Below, piece by piece: positions 31,665 to 42,590 of a stretch of 64,000 bases of DNA. The translations under genes and the position numbers were made by a program. Source of the DNA: Flaccisagitta enflata (Eukaryota); contig OZ231126.1 in NCBI GenBank assembly GCA_965153355.1, forward strand, positions 33,232,001-33,296,000. The letters run 5' to 3'. The notes under the pieces are model-generated. The model worked only from the letters and a program-made list of their open reading frames with translations, made no database searches and was not told where the DNA came from. Numbering within the stretch: the first letter of the stretch is position 1; the number at the start of each line of letters is the position of its first letter.

Positions 31665-34600
31665 GTTTAGGTTGATCGAGGGGTTGGTTGGTCCCCGTTC
31701 TGCGTCGAGGGTGTTTTTTAGCCACGGTGATGGTGGTTTAGGTTGATCGAGGGGTTGGTTGGTCCCCGTTCTGCCTATGAGTCGGTGGTGTTTTTTAGCC
31801 ACGGTGATGGTGGTTAAGGCTGATCGAGGCTACAACCCTCGTCTGCGCCGAGGGTGCTTTTAGCCACGGTGATGGTGGTTTGGCTGATCGAGGGGTTGGT
31901 TGGTCCCCGTTCTGGCGCCGAGGGTGTTTTAGCCACGTATATGGGCTTAGGCTGATCGAGGGGTTGCTATCCCCGTCGTCGAGGGTGTTTTTTAGCCACG
32001 GTGATGGTGGTTTAGGCTGATCGAGGGGTTGGTTGGTCCCCGTTCTGCGTCGAGGGTGTTTTTTAGCCACGGTGATGGTGGTTTAGGTTGATCGAGGGGT
32101 TGGTTGGTCCCCGTTCTGCGTCGAGGGTGTTTTTTAGCCACGGTGATGGTGGTTTAGGTTGATCGAGGGGTTGGTTGGTCCCCGTTCTGCGTCGAGGGTG
32201 TTTTTTAGCCACGGTGATGGTGGTTTAGATAGGACGAGTGTTGCTGGTCCCCGGTCTCTGCTGCCGAGGTGCTTAGCCACCCAGATGGTGGTTTAGGTTG
32301 ACGAGGTTGGTTGGTCCCGCTCAGCGTCGAGGTGCTTTTAGCCACGGGATGGAAGGTTTAGGTTGATCGAGGGGTTGGCTGGTCCCCGTCTATGGAGGGG
32401 TGCTTTTAGCCACGGTGATGGGGGTTTAGGTTGATCGAGGGGTTGGTTGGTCCCGTTTGCGTCGAGGGTGTTTTTTAGCCACGGTGATGGTGGTTTAGGT
32501 TGATCGAGGGGTTGGTTGGTCCCCGTTCTGCGTCGAGGGTGTTTTTTAGCCACGGTGATGGTGGTTTAGGTTGATCGAGGGGTTGGTTGGTCCCCGTTCT
32601 GCGTCGAGGGTGTTTTTTAGCCACGGTGATGGTGGTTTAGGTTGGATCGAGGGGCTGGCTTGGTCCCCACTCTGCGTTGTGGTGTTTTTTTTAGGCCACG
32701 TGATGGTGGTCTGTGTTGATCGAGGAAGGTTGGTCCCCTGCTCTGCCGAGTTTTTAGCCACGGTGATGTAGTGGCTTAGGTTGATCGAGGCGCTGGTCCC
32801 GTCTGCGTCGTGGTGTTTTTTAGCCAATGTGATGGTGGTTTAGGTTGACCGAGGGGCTGCTGTCCTGCTCTGCCTCGAGGGTGTTTTTTAGCCACGGTGA
32901 TGGTGGTTTAGGTTGATCGAGGGGTTGGTTGGTCCCCGTTCTGCGTCGAGGGTGTTTTTTAGCCACGGTGATGGTGGCTTAGGCTGGATCGAGGGCTGGC
33001 TGGTCCCCGCTCTGCCTCGGTGTTTTTTAGCCACGGTGATGGTGGCTTAGGCTGATCGAGGCGTTGGTTGGTCCCCGCTCTGCGTCGCGGGTGTTTTTTA
33101 GCCACGGTGATGCGGCTTTCGCTGAAGACTGAGGGGTTGGTTATCCTGCTCTGCTGCCGTAGGGATGTTTTGTTTTTTAGCCACGGTGATGGTGGCTTAG
33201 GTTGATCGAGGGGTTGGTTGGTCCCCGTTCTGCGTCGAGGGGGTTTTTTAGCCACGGTGATGGTGGTTTAGGCTGATCGAGGGGCTGGTTGGCCCCTGCG
33301 TCGCCGAGGGTGGTTTTTAGCCACTGTGATGGTGGTTTAGGTTGATTGAGGGGTTGGTTGGTCCCCGTTCTACGTCGAGTATGTTTTTGGCTACTGTGAT
33401 GGTGGTTTAGGTTGATCGAGGGGTTGGCTGGTCCCCTCGTCTGCGTCGCGAGGGTGTTTTTTAGCCCGTGATGGTGGTTTAGGTTGATCGAGGGGTTGGG
33501 CTGGGTCCCCGCTTCTGATGTCGAGTGTTTTTAGCCACGGTGATGGTGGTCAGGTTGATCGAGGTTGGTTGGTCCCCGCTCTGGGCGCGAGGTGCAGGCC
33601 ATTCACGGTGATGGTGGTTTAGGTTGATCGAGGGCTGCTGGTCCCCTGCTCTATGCCGAGGGTGTTTTTTTTAGCCACGATGGTGTGGTTTAGGTGGACT
33701 TGAGGTTAGCTGGTCCCCGGTCGCCACGAGGGTGTTTTTGGCCACGGTGATGGTGGTTTAGGTGATCAGGTTGCTGGTCCCCTGCCGTGCCGAGGGTGTT
33801 TTTAGCCACATGGTGGCTTAGGCTGATCGAGGGGGTTGCTGGTCCCCTGCCTCTGAGGGTGTTTTTAGCCACGGTGATGGTGGTTTAGGCTGATCTGGTG
33901 CTGTTGGTCCCCGTTCTGGTGTCGAGGGTGCTTTTTAGCCACGGGGTGATGGTGGTTTAGGTTGATCGAGGGGTTGGTTGGTCCCCGTTCTGCGTCGAGG
34001 GTGTTTTTTAGCCACGGTGATGGCAGTGGTTTAGTTGATCGGGAGAGTTGTCGGGTCCCCGCTCTGGCGCCGAGGGTGCTTTTTAGCCACGGTGATGGTG
34101 GTTCGCTAAGGCTGATCACAGGGGCCGGGTCGGTCCCGCCTACAGCCGTAGGGTGTTTTTTAGCCACGGTGATGGTGGCTTAGTTGATCAGGCTGGTTGG
34201 TCCCTCGCTTCGCGCCGAGGGTGTTTTTAGCCACGGGGATGGTGGTTTAGCTGGGATCGAGGGGTTGGCTGGTCCCTGCCTGCGGCCGTAGGCTTTTTTT
34301 TAGCCACGGTGATGGTGGTTTAGGTTGATCGTGGGGTTGGTTGGTCCCCGTTCTGCGTCGAGGGTGTTTTTTAGCCACGGTGATGGTGGTTTAGGTTGAT
34401 CGAGGGGTTGGTTGGTCCCCGTTCTGCGTCGAGGGTGTTTTAGCCACGTGATGGTGGCTTAGGTTGATCGAGGGGTTGGTTGGTCCCGGTTCTGCGCCGA
34501 GGAAGTTTTTTAGCCACGGTGATGGTGGTTTAGGCTGATCGAGGCTGGCTGGTCCCCCGTCTGCCTCCGAGGGTGCTTTTTAGCCACGGTGATGGTGGTT

Positions 34601-35561
34601 TATGTTGATCGAGGGGCTGGTTGGTCTCGCTCTGCTGAGGGTGTTTTTTAGCCACGGTGATGGTGGTTTTGGTTGATCGAGGGGTTATTGGTCCTGGCTC
34701 TTACCTCGAGGGCGGTTTTTAGCCACGTATTGCGGTTTAGGCGATCAGAGGGGTTGGGTTGGTCCCCGCTCTGGCGTCAAGGGTGTTTTTTAGCCACGGT
34801 GATGGTGGTTTAGGTTGATCGAGGGGTTGGTTGGTCCCCGTTCTGCGTCGAGGGTGTTTTTTAGCCACGGTGATGGTGGTTTAGGTTGATCGAGGGGTTG
34901 GTTGGTCCCCGTTCTGCGTCGAGGGTGTTTTTTAGCCACGGTGATGGTGGTTTAGGTTGATCGAGGGGTTGGTTGGTCCCCGTTCTGCGTCGAGGGTGTT
35001 TTTTAGCCACGGTGATGGTGGTTTAGGTTGATCGAGGGGTTGGTTGGTCCCCGTTCTGCGTCGAGGTGTTTTAGCCACGGTGATGGTGGTTTAGGTTGAT
35101 CGAGGCTGGTTTATCCCCGTCTGCGTCGAGGTGTTTTTAGCCCGGTGATGGTGGTTTAGGTTGATCGAGGGGTTGGTTGGTCCCGTTCTGCGTCGAGGGT
35201 GTTTTTAGCCACTGTGATGGTGGTTTAGGTTGATCAGGGGTTGGTTGATTGTTCTCGTGAGTGGTGTTTTAGCCACGGTGATGGTGGCTAGGTTGATCGA
35301 GGGCTGGTTGGTCCCGTTCTGCGTGGAGGGTGTTTTTTAGCCACGGTGATGGTGGTTTAGGTTGATCGAGGGGTTGGTTGGTCCCCGTTCTGCGTGGAGG
35401 GTGTTTTTTAGCCACGGTGATGGTGGTTTAGGTTGATCGAGGGGTTGGTTGGTCCCCGTTCTGCGTGGAGGGTGTTTTTTAGCCACGGTGATGGTGGTTT
35501 AGGTTGATCGAGGGGTTGGTTGGTCCCCGTTCTGCGTCGAGGGTGTTTTTTAGCCACGGTG
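31665..35561. repeat. 71-bp satellite array, right part (~55 units)
   Basis: Same unit and orientation as 22287-28715. Confidence 0.97.
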
Positions 35562-35697
35562 CGATGGGTGGACTGACGGACAAAGCCTCTCATAGAGTCC
35601 AGAGTTGAAATGAGAGAGAGACTGTGCTGTCAGGATGCAAAATCATTACCTGGGACATTTCAAAGTTCAAATAGACTTCAACTAACTCGTTTCCTCC

Positions 35698-35900
35698 TTT
35701 TTAGTCGCGTGCACGCGACTCTACAACCCGCTTTGTCCGTTGGTCGGTCGGTCGGTTGGTCGGTCGGTTGGTCACACTTTACTTTTTTTTATGATTTTAT
35801 TTCTTTGACCGCACTGCTACTGCCCAAATGATCTGGTGACCTCAAATATGGCCCCTGCCCACCCGCACGCGACTTCGGTAGCCGTGTATCCGGCCTTGTT
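35698..35900 (+). mobile_element. Intact HINE/DINE-1-like element (reference copy)
   Basis: TTTTT-AGTCGCGTGCACGCGACT palindrome, (GGTC/GGTT)n, 3' subTIR GCACGCGACT, hairpin GCCG-TGTATC-CGGC, CTTGTT end; near-identical to 58688-58887. Confidence 0.9.
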
Positions 35901-36282
35901 GGGAAAAATGCGGAAAATGCGAAAAAATAAATAAAGATTTAAAAAATCATAGCTCCAAAACTATCAATCGCACAGAATTCTGCTTGGCGTCATCTGAAAG
36001 AGGAGAATTAGCTCTTTCTTAGCTATTAATTTCAGACGTAGTCTCGTTCTGCCCCAAAAATGCAGCAACTTCCTCAAACGCCTCATAAAACAAAGGGAAA
36101 TCCGTTTTTCTCTGCAGGACTCAAAAAGAACGATGGTCTTCGTCTCTTCGACTTTTTTCCAAATAAATAGAAATTATTTTCCACTTTCCATTTAAAACAA
36201 AAAAATAATACAAAAATTTATCATTTTTCAAATCAATAAAACATTCAGGATAATACCTTTTTAGGCGCTCCCAGCGGCGCTC

Positions 36283-36578
36283 TTTTTAGTCGCGTGCTAC
36301 GCGACTCTACACCCCGCTTTGTCGGTCCGTCCGTTGGTCCGTGGGTCCGTCGGGTCGTGGGTCCGTCGGTCCGTCCGTCGGCCCGTCCGTCGGTTCGTCC
36401 GTCAGTCCGTCCGTCGGTCCGTCCGTCGGTCCGTCCGTCGGTCCATCCGTCACACTTTTCTTTTTTTGTGTTTTTGTGGTCTTTGACCTCACAGCTCCTG
36501 CCCAAATGATCAAGTGACCTCAAATATGGCCCCTGCCCACCCGCAGGCGACTAGGGTAGCCGTGTATCCGGCCGTGTT
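36283..36578 (+). mobile_element. HINE-like element with long (GTCC/GTCG)n tract
   Basis: Same architecture as 35698-35900. Confidence 0.88.
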
Positions 36579-36660
36579 TAGACACAGTCCAATATCATAA
36601 AAAAAATGATAATAGATGAAAGAGAAAAAATGTATGAGAACGAAAAAAGAGGAATGAAAA

Positions 36661-37176
36661 CAAAGAAAACAAACTCGTCAAAGGAAACAAAATTGTCAAG
36701 GAAAACAAAATCGTCAAAGAAAACAAAATCGTCAAAGAAAACAAAATTGTCAAAGAAAACAAAATCGTCAAAGAAAACAAAATCGTCAAAGAAAACAAAA
36801 TTGTCAAAGGAAACAAAATCGTCAAAGGAAACAAAATCGTCAAGGAAAACAAAATCGTCAAAGAAAACAAAATTGTCAAAGAAAACAAAATTGTCAAAGT
36901 AAACAAAATCGTCAAAGAAAACAAACTCGTCAAAGGAAACAAAATCGTCAAGGAAAACAAAATCGTCATAGAAAACAAAATCGTCAAAGAAAACAAAATC
37001 GTCAAAGAAAACAAAATCGTCAAAGTAAACAAAATCGTCAAAGAAAGCAAACTCGTCAAAGGAAACAAAATCGTCAAGGAAAACAAAATCGTCAAAGAAA
37101 ACAAAATCGTCAAAGAAAACAAATTCGTCAAAGAAAACAAAATCGTCAAAGAAAACAAAACAAAACAAAATCGTCA
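36661..37176. repeat. 18-bp minisatellite (AAAGAAAACAAAATCGTC), ~28 units
   Basis: Directly visible; variant units recur at 126-bp spacing. Confidence 0.95.
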
Positions 37177-37331
37177 TTGTAGGACACCGTGAGTAGAGAG
37201 AACTGGTCACCTCTTGCAAAGATCTGAAGTCTTTTTTCTCTTTTTATTTCTTACAAAAAAAACTAACAATAAACAAAGCATAAGGGACACGATAAAAGAA
37301 GACAAATATGAGGCCGAAGAGGAGGAAGAAA

Positions 37332-37365
<34 letters not shown>

Positions 37366-37754
37366 AGAAGAAGAAGAAGAAGAAGAAGAAGAAGAAGAAG
37401 AAGAAGAAGAAGAAGGAAAAAATGAAGAACTCTTTGACAACGCCCAGAGGCCAATTACATATAAACGCAGAGGAAAAGTGAGCGGGAGGAGCAGCAGGAT
37501 TTCAACGGTTTTTTCTCTTCTTCAAATGCCCCTGAGGGGGCGATCATCGCGGCCGCGGGGAAATAAGGGTAAGGAAGGGAGGTAAGCCAGAAAATCCCCC
37601 GATGGCACCGAGCAGAAGAGGAAATGCCTGAGGTCAGCCACAACGAGAGGAAAAGAGGGCGAAAAGGGGAACAGCCAAGGAGAAAAAATGAGGAGCGGCT
37701 AAAACAAGAAATAGTAAATAATCGATGCGACGGGACTTTTTAGTCGCGTGCTAC

Positions 37755-38239
37755 TGATGGATCGGGTACTGAGGCCCGATCCTAGATGAAATCAAGCCAT
37801 CCCTGAGGACCCTAATATCTAGCAATGCTCCCCTTAGCCAGGCGAAGGAGCCTATCCCATGATCTAACTGAGCCTAAAATATAAGGCAATGAAAGAGAGA
37901 TGATAAAAGCATAAGTGGTGGATCCTCTGAATATAATCAATCAAGCAATAAAACTAGAATCTCTACCCAAAGGCAGAGGCATACTACCCAAACAGCAATG
38001 AGCAGGGATATAAATAGAATGAGCAGTGATACAGCAATGCAAGGTCAAGCAAAAGGGGCAATGATTGGGTGAGTCTTTCTAGGAGATCCGTCCTCTCATT
38101 GGTCAATCCATGGTCAGGTGAGTCCATCTTCTCATCCGTGATTGGTCCATCTTCTGGGTAGGTCACAAAGGGTACCGGGAAGGTCCGGTAGAGACTAGGA
38201 AAGTCCGCTGGGTGATGGGAAGGTCCGCTCGGCACAACA
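37755..38239 (-). repeat. 3' LTR (485 bp)
   Basis: About 7 substitutions and one 1-bp indel versus the other LTR, by manual comparison. Confidence 0.95.
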
Positions 38240-38250
38240 GCCCTCCCCTT
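38240..38250 (-). other. Polypurine tract
   Basis: - strand AAGGGGAGGGC immediately before the TG of the 3' LTR. Confidence 0.85.
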
Positions 38251-40901
38251 GAACGGTGTCGACTTCCAGGAGACGTAACAAGAGAACTAACGTCACAGTA
38301 CCCCTGGCACGGCCCAGCTCCTCCAGCATTCTCAACATCCTCATCACCTCCAACACGAGCAAAGATGACATAGTCGACGCTGTCAAATGACATGACTAAG
38401 CGCCCATCACAAAGATCTACCCTCTGTGATTCAGCCAACTAAGCCCTGCAGCTCCAGGTCTAATGAGGCCATATATACTAAAAATATAAAAAATGCGCCC
38501 TCAAACTGTGCCAACAGAATGTCTTGCACATCAAACTGAAAAGAAGGAATGAATAGCACACCAAATGGTTCTACTCTTCTTTTTTTTTTTATTTTCTTAT
38601 TTTTACTTTTGATGAAGGCTGTAAACTCAGTTGCCCTAAAGGCATAGCAAAATCATAAAAAAAAAGATCATCAAAACTTCAAATAGCGATGTCATATGCG
38701 CAAAAACAAGGTGGAGTGAAACAAAGTTGCGCTCGCCTGCCGCATTTATCACCAACAGTGCCTCACCACCACCTAAACGCGATCTAGCACTGAGACATAC
38801 AGCCACAATGCTCCAAACAAAGTGATTGTTGCTGCCGTACTTGTCGGCACTATCTGAAAGACATGAGCCAAGCATGGAAGCACAAAAAAAAAATAAGAAT
38901 CAGGGTCGATCAATGAAAAATCAAGGAAACATGGTGCGTATGCTGACATTTCATAAAAACATCCAACCGCTACCTAAGATATGACCTAATACCATACATT
39001 GTGAGCGATGCTGTTCACAATAAAAAAACAAATGAATTAATTAAAAATCATTCTAAAAAAAATTGATAAACATAAGAGTAAATCAACACATAAATAACCA
39101 AATTTCATTTGAAATATGAAAAAAAAATAAACCTAGATATCAAATACTTTCCCAGTATCAAAAAAATAAAAACCGAGAAAAACCATAAAAATTATTCAAA
39201 AAAAAAATGAGCCTCTAAACTTCATAAGCACCGAAAAAACACCCCTGTCCCGTTCATTGTGTCATAAACCCACATCTCAATGGAAACACATCCTTACACC
39301 CCCAACCGCGCGATAAAATCGCTCGAACTTGAAGAGGATGCAAAGGTTGTTTTTGAGATTATCCTAATGGTGGACAACTAAACTTAAAAGCCAGACATCA
39401 TTTTAGAATTAACCAACTCACCCACAATGACTGAATAACAACGGTTGAAGCATATCGAAGGGTAAAAATTACTTCCACTCATCGTCGACTGCCCACCAGA
39501 TGGCGTTCTGCTGGTTTTGGTCATTGTAACAATTATACCACGAAACCCCACCGTGCGCAGATTGGTAGGCGTAGACGCGCTCAAGACAGACTGACGCAGC
39601 TGTAGCGTAGAATACCAATAAAACGCGGCTTCTAAAGAAATGCTACTTCTCATATCGCACACGGAATAAATGATAATTCATGGAGGAACAAAACCATAGA
39701 AAAAAGACTAACAAGGCCAGACACACGGCCACCAGCCGCGGACGGGTGGACCGACGGACAAAGCCCCCCACAGAGTCGTGTGTCCGCAAACAAAAACCAA
39801 GCCAAACAATTCCTAGTGGCGGGCCCAAACGTGTCGAACTACATTTCCTATCAAAACATAAGAAATGTTCGGATCAACAATGCGTTATGTACTTTAGAAA
39901 TAACAAGTATAAAAGAGAAATCCGAAACGAGAATTAATCTTGATAAGGATCAATTGAGTGCCCGCCTATCGAGTATGCGTGTACACACGCTCATGTTAAG
40001 ACTCAAAACTTTTTTTTTTCTGGGGGGGGGGGGGGTCATATGTAACAAAAATAATATCATGTCACAAATTGGTACCTCCGACCCGCGCGATAAAATCGCT
40101 CGAATTTGAAGGGGATACAGAAGCACAAGTGAAATGACAAATCACGCAAGAAATACTTAATAAATTCACTTATGATATACGACACCCGCCTGACGACAAT
40201 TCGAGTCACAACACCTTCATTATCTTACTTGGTGAGATGTCTGTTGATGGCGTTTTGTTGTTCCGACAACCATCGAGAAACCGCGAAACAAACAGAAGAA
40301 AGACTAAGGCTGGACCCACGGCACCATAGTCACAGACGGTGGGGCAGGGGCAGCGACCCAAAACCCGTCCATAACTCAAGATTGAGGACAGACGGACAAA
40401 CCGACTGACACAGATTCACTGCTTCCCTAAAAGCAAATACAGCGCTCCTGGCATGTACCCGAGGGCAGGAACAGTGCAGTCACGCTACTGACAAGCATGC
40501 ACCTGGAAGAACACATATCTGTGTCAAGGCGATGAGTGCATTCGACCTTGTTAATTCGGCTTTGTTGATGGTCAATAGATAAATAAGCCAAAGACTGATC
40601 GTGATATATGAGGGCAAAGATCTGTCTGATAACGGGCTCTATTCATCAAGTAACCATGAAAAAACCGACTTCACGTGACCATTACATAAAGCGCGTAAGT
40701 ACTGGCTGTAAAAATATTCGCACCTCAAGTCAACGAAAACAATCAAAAACATCCTATCGTGCCCCTTATCAATTGCGCGCTTAGACACGCTCAAATTCTT
40801 TCTTCTTTCCTTTTTTTTGGGGGGGGGTGTAAAACAAAAAATGAAAATAATAATAATAATAGTAATAATAATAAAAATGATAATAAAAATAATAATAAAA
40901 A

Positions 40902-40932
<31 letters not shown>

Positions 40933-42409
40933 AATAAAAATAATAATGATAATGATAATAATAATAATGATCATCGGTCCGGGCCTCATCCGAAAGACGG
41001 AAACCGTCACCGTTGTGGGCGGTTTAATCAAAACTAAAGAAGAAACGACCAAGACTAGACAAAAAGAAACGACCACGACGTACCCCATTGGTTGCTCATG
41101 ATGAGACCATGCCGGACAGGATGAGAGACGAACTACAGTAGACAGATTTGACTTCGTTTGAAAGACGCAAATCGTAATCGTCAATGAGAACTCCAGAAAA
41201 TGAATGCAAACGACCAAACTCGCCGCCCATTGTTCCCATCCATGTACACATCCAATTCATAACGAATTCATGCAAGTAACAAAAACGTCTAATACTACAC
41301 AACTGTGTACTACTGGTAAAACTTATGTTAAAACTAAAAAAAAAAATTGTGTCCGTGATCAATTCCCATCGCCTCAGTGATCAAGCGAGCCTGTGTGATC
41401 TTAAAGGTACCGAACAAGTGAGGAGGAGACATGGGGGAAACCTCAGAACACTTGTTGCGTAGGTGAACCTCATATTGTCTTAGCTTTACCAGCATTAATT
41501 TTTCTTTCAAAACATTTTTTTTTCTTCTTGACTAAGAAAATATTGTCACGCCGCAGGCTGAAAAGAGAAAAAAGTGTTCAACTAGAATACTTTTGTATTT
41601 CCTACTCAGGCAAGTATTTTAAGTATTCCAGAGCCAGAACCGGAAATAACAAAAAGTAAATAAAGCAATTTAAAGAGAGGTTCATTATTTCAGATGGGGG
41701 GGGGGGGGGGGAGAGGGGGTATAACAATGCGCGAGGCAGAGCCTCTCGCCTCTCTCTGTGGTCCAAGCTGATATAAAAGCTCATTCACGATCATCCACAT
41801 ATACTGGTTCTCAAAAATCTATAACTTGAAATGAAAATAACAATAAGTTAAGATCACTTTTTGCTTTTACAATATGATAAAAATTCGTCTCTAATCAAAT
41901 TTCCGCTGTCATATATGTCCTTGTTTTATATTTCCTTTTGTTTCCTCCCTTAAAATAATCTCCCTTTTTTTTTTCCTTTTTTTTTTTTTTTTGTGGGAAA
42001 CAAAACCAAAAAAAAGAAGGGTAGTCAAAACATGTATCTCCGTACACATAAAAATTGCCTGTATTCTCAGGACAGATAATAAATGTCTGTGACCGAGACC
42101 ACTTCAACAGATAAGTGAAGAACAGAAAAACACAGCCAAACCCCTCTAAGAGAGAGCTTGTCTTGCACAATTTTAGGAGTATTACATCACTTTAACTTAA
42201 AACCAATGCACGAGCAAAAACCAATTCCACGGAAACCATTGACGTTGGCCTAGCCTACCTGTGTAGATGGGCTTCTTGAGTCGGCCAAGCGAGGGCGTAA
42301 ATTGAAGGCTATTGTTATTGAACAAATTAAACCTCCATGCCTCTAGATTTCCGTGGGATTCATCTACTTACGATGGTAGTGCCCAATTGATAATGCAAAC
42401 CGAGAACAA

Positions 42410-42590
42410 ACAAGGCCAGACACACGGCCACCAAAGTCGTGTGCGGTTGGGCAGGGCGATGAAAAAAAAACTTGGGCAGGAGCAGTAATGCAAAACACTC
42501 CCACAAACGCCCAAAAAGCCCAGTGTGATGGACGGACCGACCAATTGACATAGCAAGCCATGAGAGTCGCATGCTGTGACGTGACTAAAA
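42410..42590 (-). mobile_element. Degenerate HINE inside the LTR element (others at ~39710-39790 and ~40305-40410)
   Basis: ACAAGGCCAGACACACGGCC ... GAGTCGCATGCTGTGACGTGACTAAAA. Confidence 0.7.

Noticed and set aside
36578-37219. 213-aa FVFFDD-repeat and 187-aa LFSLTI-repeat ORFs
   Set aside because: Produced by an 18-bp minisatellite; several frames are open at once, with no gene context.
37984-38235. Duplicated 83-aa ORF (also at 45511-45831)
   Set aside because: Lies within the LTRs, so the duplication is trivial; non-ATG start and no homology recognised.
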